DNA from: Scyliorhinus canicula
Taxonomy: Eukaryota
Direction of reading: 5' to 3'
Length of the DNA: 64,000 bases
Assembly (NCBI RefSeq): GCF_902713615.1
Contig: NC_052163.1
Location: 124,533,144 to 124,597,143, forward strand
This document shows, piece after piece, positions 61,817-64,000 of the stretch (position 1 is its first letter; the number at the start of each line of letters is the position of its first letter). The position numbers and the translations under genes are program-made. A model generated the notes under the pieces. It made no database searches and had not been told where the DNA came from. It saw only the letters and a list, made by a program, of their open reading frames with translations.

Positions 61817-62045
61817 CAACAACAACAACATCCTGCGTTATACAGTGCCCCCCTTAAAAACAAAGTGCTTCACAAGAGCATCATACAAAATCTGACAGCT
61901 ATTAGGACAGATGATCAAACGCTTCACCAAAGAGAAAGGTTTTGAGGAGTGTCTTCAGGTAGAGAGTAGGGGGGGGAAGAGTTTCAGGGCAGGAATTGCA
62001 GAGCGTGCAGCCTCGCCAGTTCAAGGCACACCTACCAGTGGATGA
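61817..62045 (-). mobile_element. L2-like LINE 3' end relic
   Basis: (CAA)n end and AAAGTGCTTCACAAGAGC; resembles the reverse complement of 33460-33610. Confidence 0.5.
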
Positions 62046-62842
62046 ACAATGGAATTCCAGAAGAGAAAGTTAAATATTTGTTGTTAAATATCTGGAGGCC
62101 TGATGGTAACCGTGAGGTGGTCTGCCTGTATATCTGGCACCTGGCCTCTCGTACCACCTGGCACATTGTACTTGCAGTAAACGGCAAGGCTGTCTGTAGT
62201 TGATGACTTTCCATCAAGGTAAAGACACCTTTGCTTTCTCTTGAGGGAAAGGTGTTAAATGTGCTATAAATCAGTTTGCTTGTAGCTGTGACTGGACATC
62301 TGGAGTTGGGAGTTAATGGCCAAACATGCTCATAAACCATTTTTTTAAAACTCTGAATTTTAACAAAAGCCTGTCAGACTAAATTAACTTTTCTTTGAGA
62401 TTTATTTACTTTTTCCAACTGGGACATGAATACTGTGCTTTTTTTAAAAAAACTGTCAGCCTCTATTTGCGGATGTGAGTTCTGTCATGGTGTTAGCAGT
62501 TTGAAAATTCTTCAGGATATGAAGGGGAAATAAATGTGATGCTTCCAGTAACACTTTTAATGAATTACAGATGATCAGGCTGTGCCTATTTTGGCAATCT
62601 CCGCTCTGTTTATATTGCACGCAGTAACAACACTGGAACAAGTGTTCTGGCTAGCGGTCTTCTCTTGATGTCAGCGATGGGAGGGAAGAATCCATCCATT
62701 CTGGAAATGTGCAGATCATCTTTTTGTCTTTTGGGCAGGCGTTAAGCTTGCGTCCATTGAAAATAAAGGAATGGACCCGAGCATCACCCGAGATGCCCCG
62801 GCCGTTTATTTCTGCTGGTAGTTTGACTTCACGTTCTCCTTG

Positions 62843-62985
62843 CAAGAGGCAAAATGCTGCGGTGGGGGAAATCTGAAATATAAACAGGAATTGCTGAGAT
62901 CGTCCAGTAGGTCAGGCAACATCTGTGGGGGGGGGGGGGGGGATAATAAAGAGTTGACGTTTGAGATGGGTGGTCTTTCATCAGG
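62843..62985 (-). mobile_element. Penelope-type fragment with a decayed hammerhead motif
   Basis: Related to the arm of 28108-28345; minus strand CTGATGA-A-AGAC..ATCT-CAAA-CGTC-AACTC. Confidence 0.65.
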
Positions 62986-62989
62986 ATTA

Positions 62990-63700
62990 AAACAAATGGG
63001 CAAAGAATTTGGGGGTTGTCGTGCAATGTGGGAAAAGCAGCCATGTGGGAAAAGCAGCGGTACAGAGGGATCTGGGTGTCCTGACGCATGAACCAGAATA
63101 GGTTTGTGTGCAGGTACAGCCAGTGATTAGGAAGGCGAATGGAATGCTGGTGTTTATTGCAAGGGGAATGGAATACAAAAGTAGGGGTGTTTTGCTACAG
63201 TTGTAGTGGGATTTGGTGAGACCACATTGATAGCAGTTTTGGGCTCCTTATTTAATGGTTTAGATGATGTTCAGAGAAGGTTCGCTCAACTGATTGCTGG
63301 TATGGGGTGTTAACTTGTGAGAAAAGGGTTAGCCGATATGCATTGGAGTTCGGAAGAATGAGAGTTGACATGACTGAAGCAGGAGTTGACCAGGTGCGTA
63401 CTGACAGGATTTTCTCGCTTGTGGGAGAGACCAGAACAGTTTCCGACACACTTTGGAACAATAAGAGCTCTCCCATTTAAGACGACGATGAGGAGAAGTT
63501 TTTTTTCCCCCGAGGGTGGTGAATCTTTGGAATTCTTCTCCAGAGAGCAATGGGGGCAGAGCCACTGAATATTTTTACGGCAGAGGTAGATTCTTGATGG
63601 AGTTGAAGGTTATCGGGGACAGACTGAATAGTGGTGTTGAGGTCACAGTGACATTAGGCTTGAGGGACCGAATGGCCTACTCCGAATTCATGTGTATGTT
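62990..63700 (+). mobile_element. CR1 LINE 3' part
   Basis: QRDLGV, IRKANGML, MRRSFFS, VVNLWNS and CR1 tail. Confidence 0.82.
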
Positions 63701-64000
63701 CAAACATGTTACAGATTCAGGGATGAAATGTGAAGCTTCATGTGTGCTCAGAACCTGATGCTAATGTGGAGCACACATCTCCAGTTCTAAATGCTTTGCC
63801 AATGACAGCATTGCAGGTTGTTTTGGACATGCATCACACATTTATTGACGGGTGTGGAGCAGTGTTCTTTTAATGATTCAACAAACCTAGCCTGGAGAGA
63901 AGCTGCCATAAAGGGTTTTAAATATGGACAAAGGCAAGGAAATGTGCTGGGTGGATGTAGTTGAGAACAAATGGGGATGGTCTCTGATGGATGGAAGGCA

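Noticed and set aside
62893-62907. GCTGAGATCGTC resembling the start of TLE5 exon 5 (AEIV)
   Set aside because: Lies inside a Penelope-type fragment, has no acceptor, and continues Q-stop rather than KRLN.
1-64000. CRISPR arrays, operons, rRNA genes
   Set aside because: Sequence is vertebrate intron; repeats are dispersed retroposons, not regularly spaced arrays.

Overview
Vertebrate genomic DNA, very likely from a cartilaginous fish (the SINE, CR1, L1 and poly-G repertoire is catshark/Scyliorhinus-like; inferred, not proven). The window lies inside one + strand gene, TLE5/AES (Groucho family). Three Q-domain coding exons are visible: 25284-25381, 42773-42836 and 48596-48640. Exon 1 and exons 5 onward were not found in the window. 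The rest is intron filled with nested transposons: tRNA-head V-SINEs with three different 3' tails, a second tRNA-head SINE, DeuSINE-like copies, CR1/L2 and L1 LINE fragments, a decayed Gypsy (Mag-like) element, several solo LTRs, a hAT MITE and Penelope-type fold-back mini-elements. Almost all ORFs in the supplied track are repeat artefacts. Most notable: (1) palindromic Penelope-type mini-elements carrying minimal hammerhead-ribozyme motifs, one with a compensatory U3-A8 catalytic core at the symmetry axis of a 93-bp-arm palindrome; (2) a young V-SINE subfamily with an A-rich tail and 10-16 bp TSDs matching those of local L1s, suggesting a switch from CR1 to L1 mobilisation; (3) head/tail shuffling among SINEs; (4) candidate alternative TLE5 exons.
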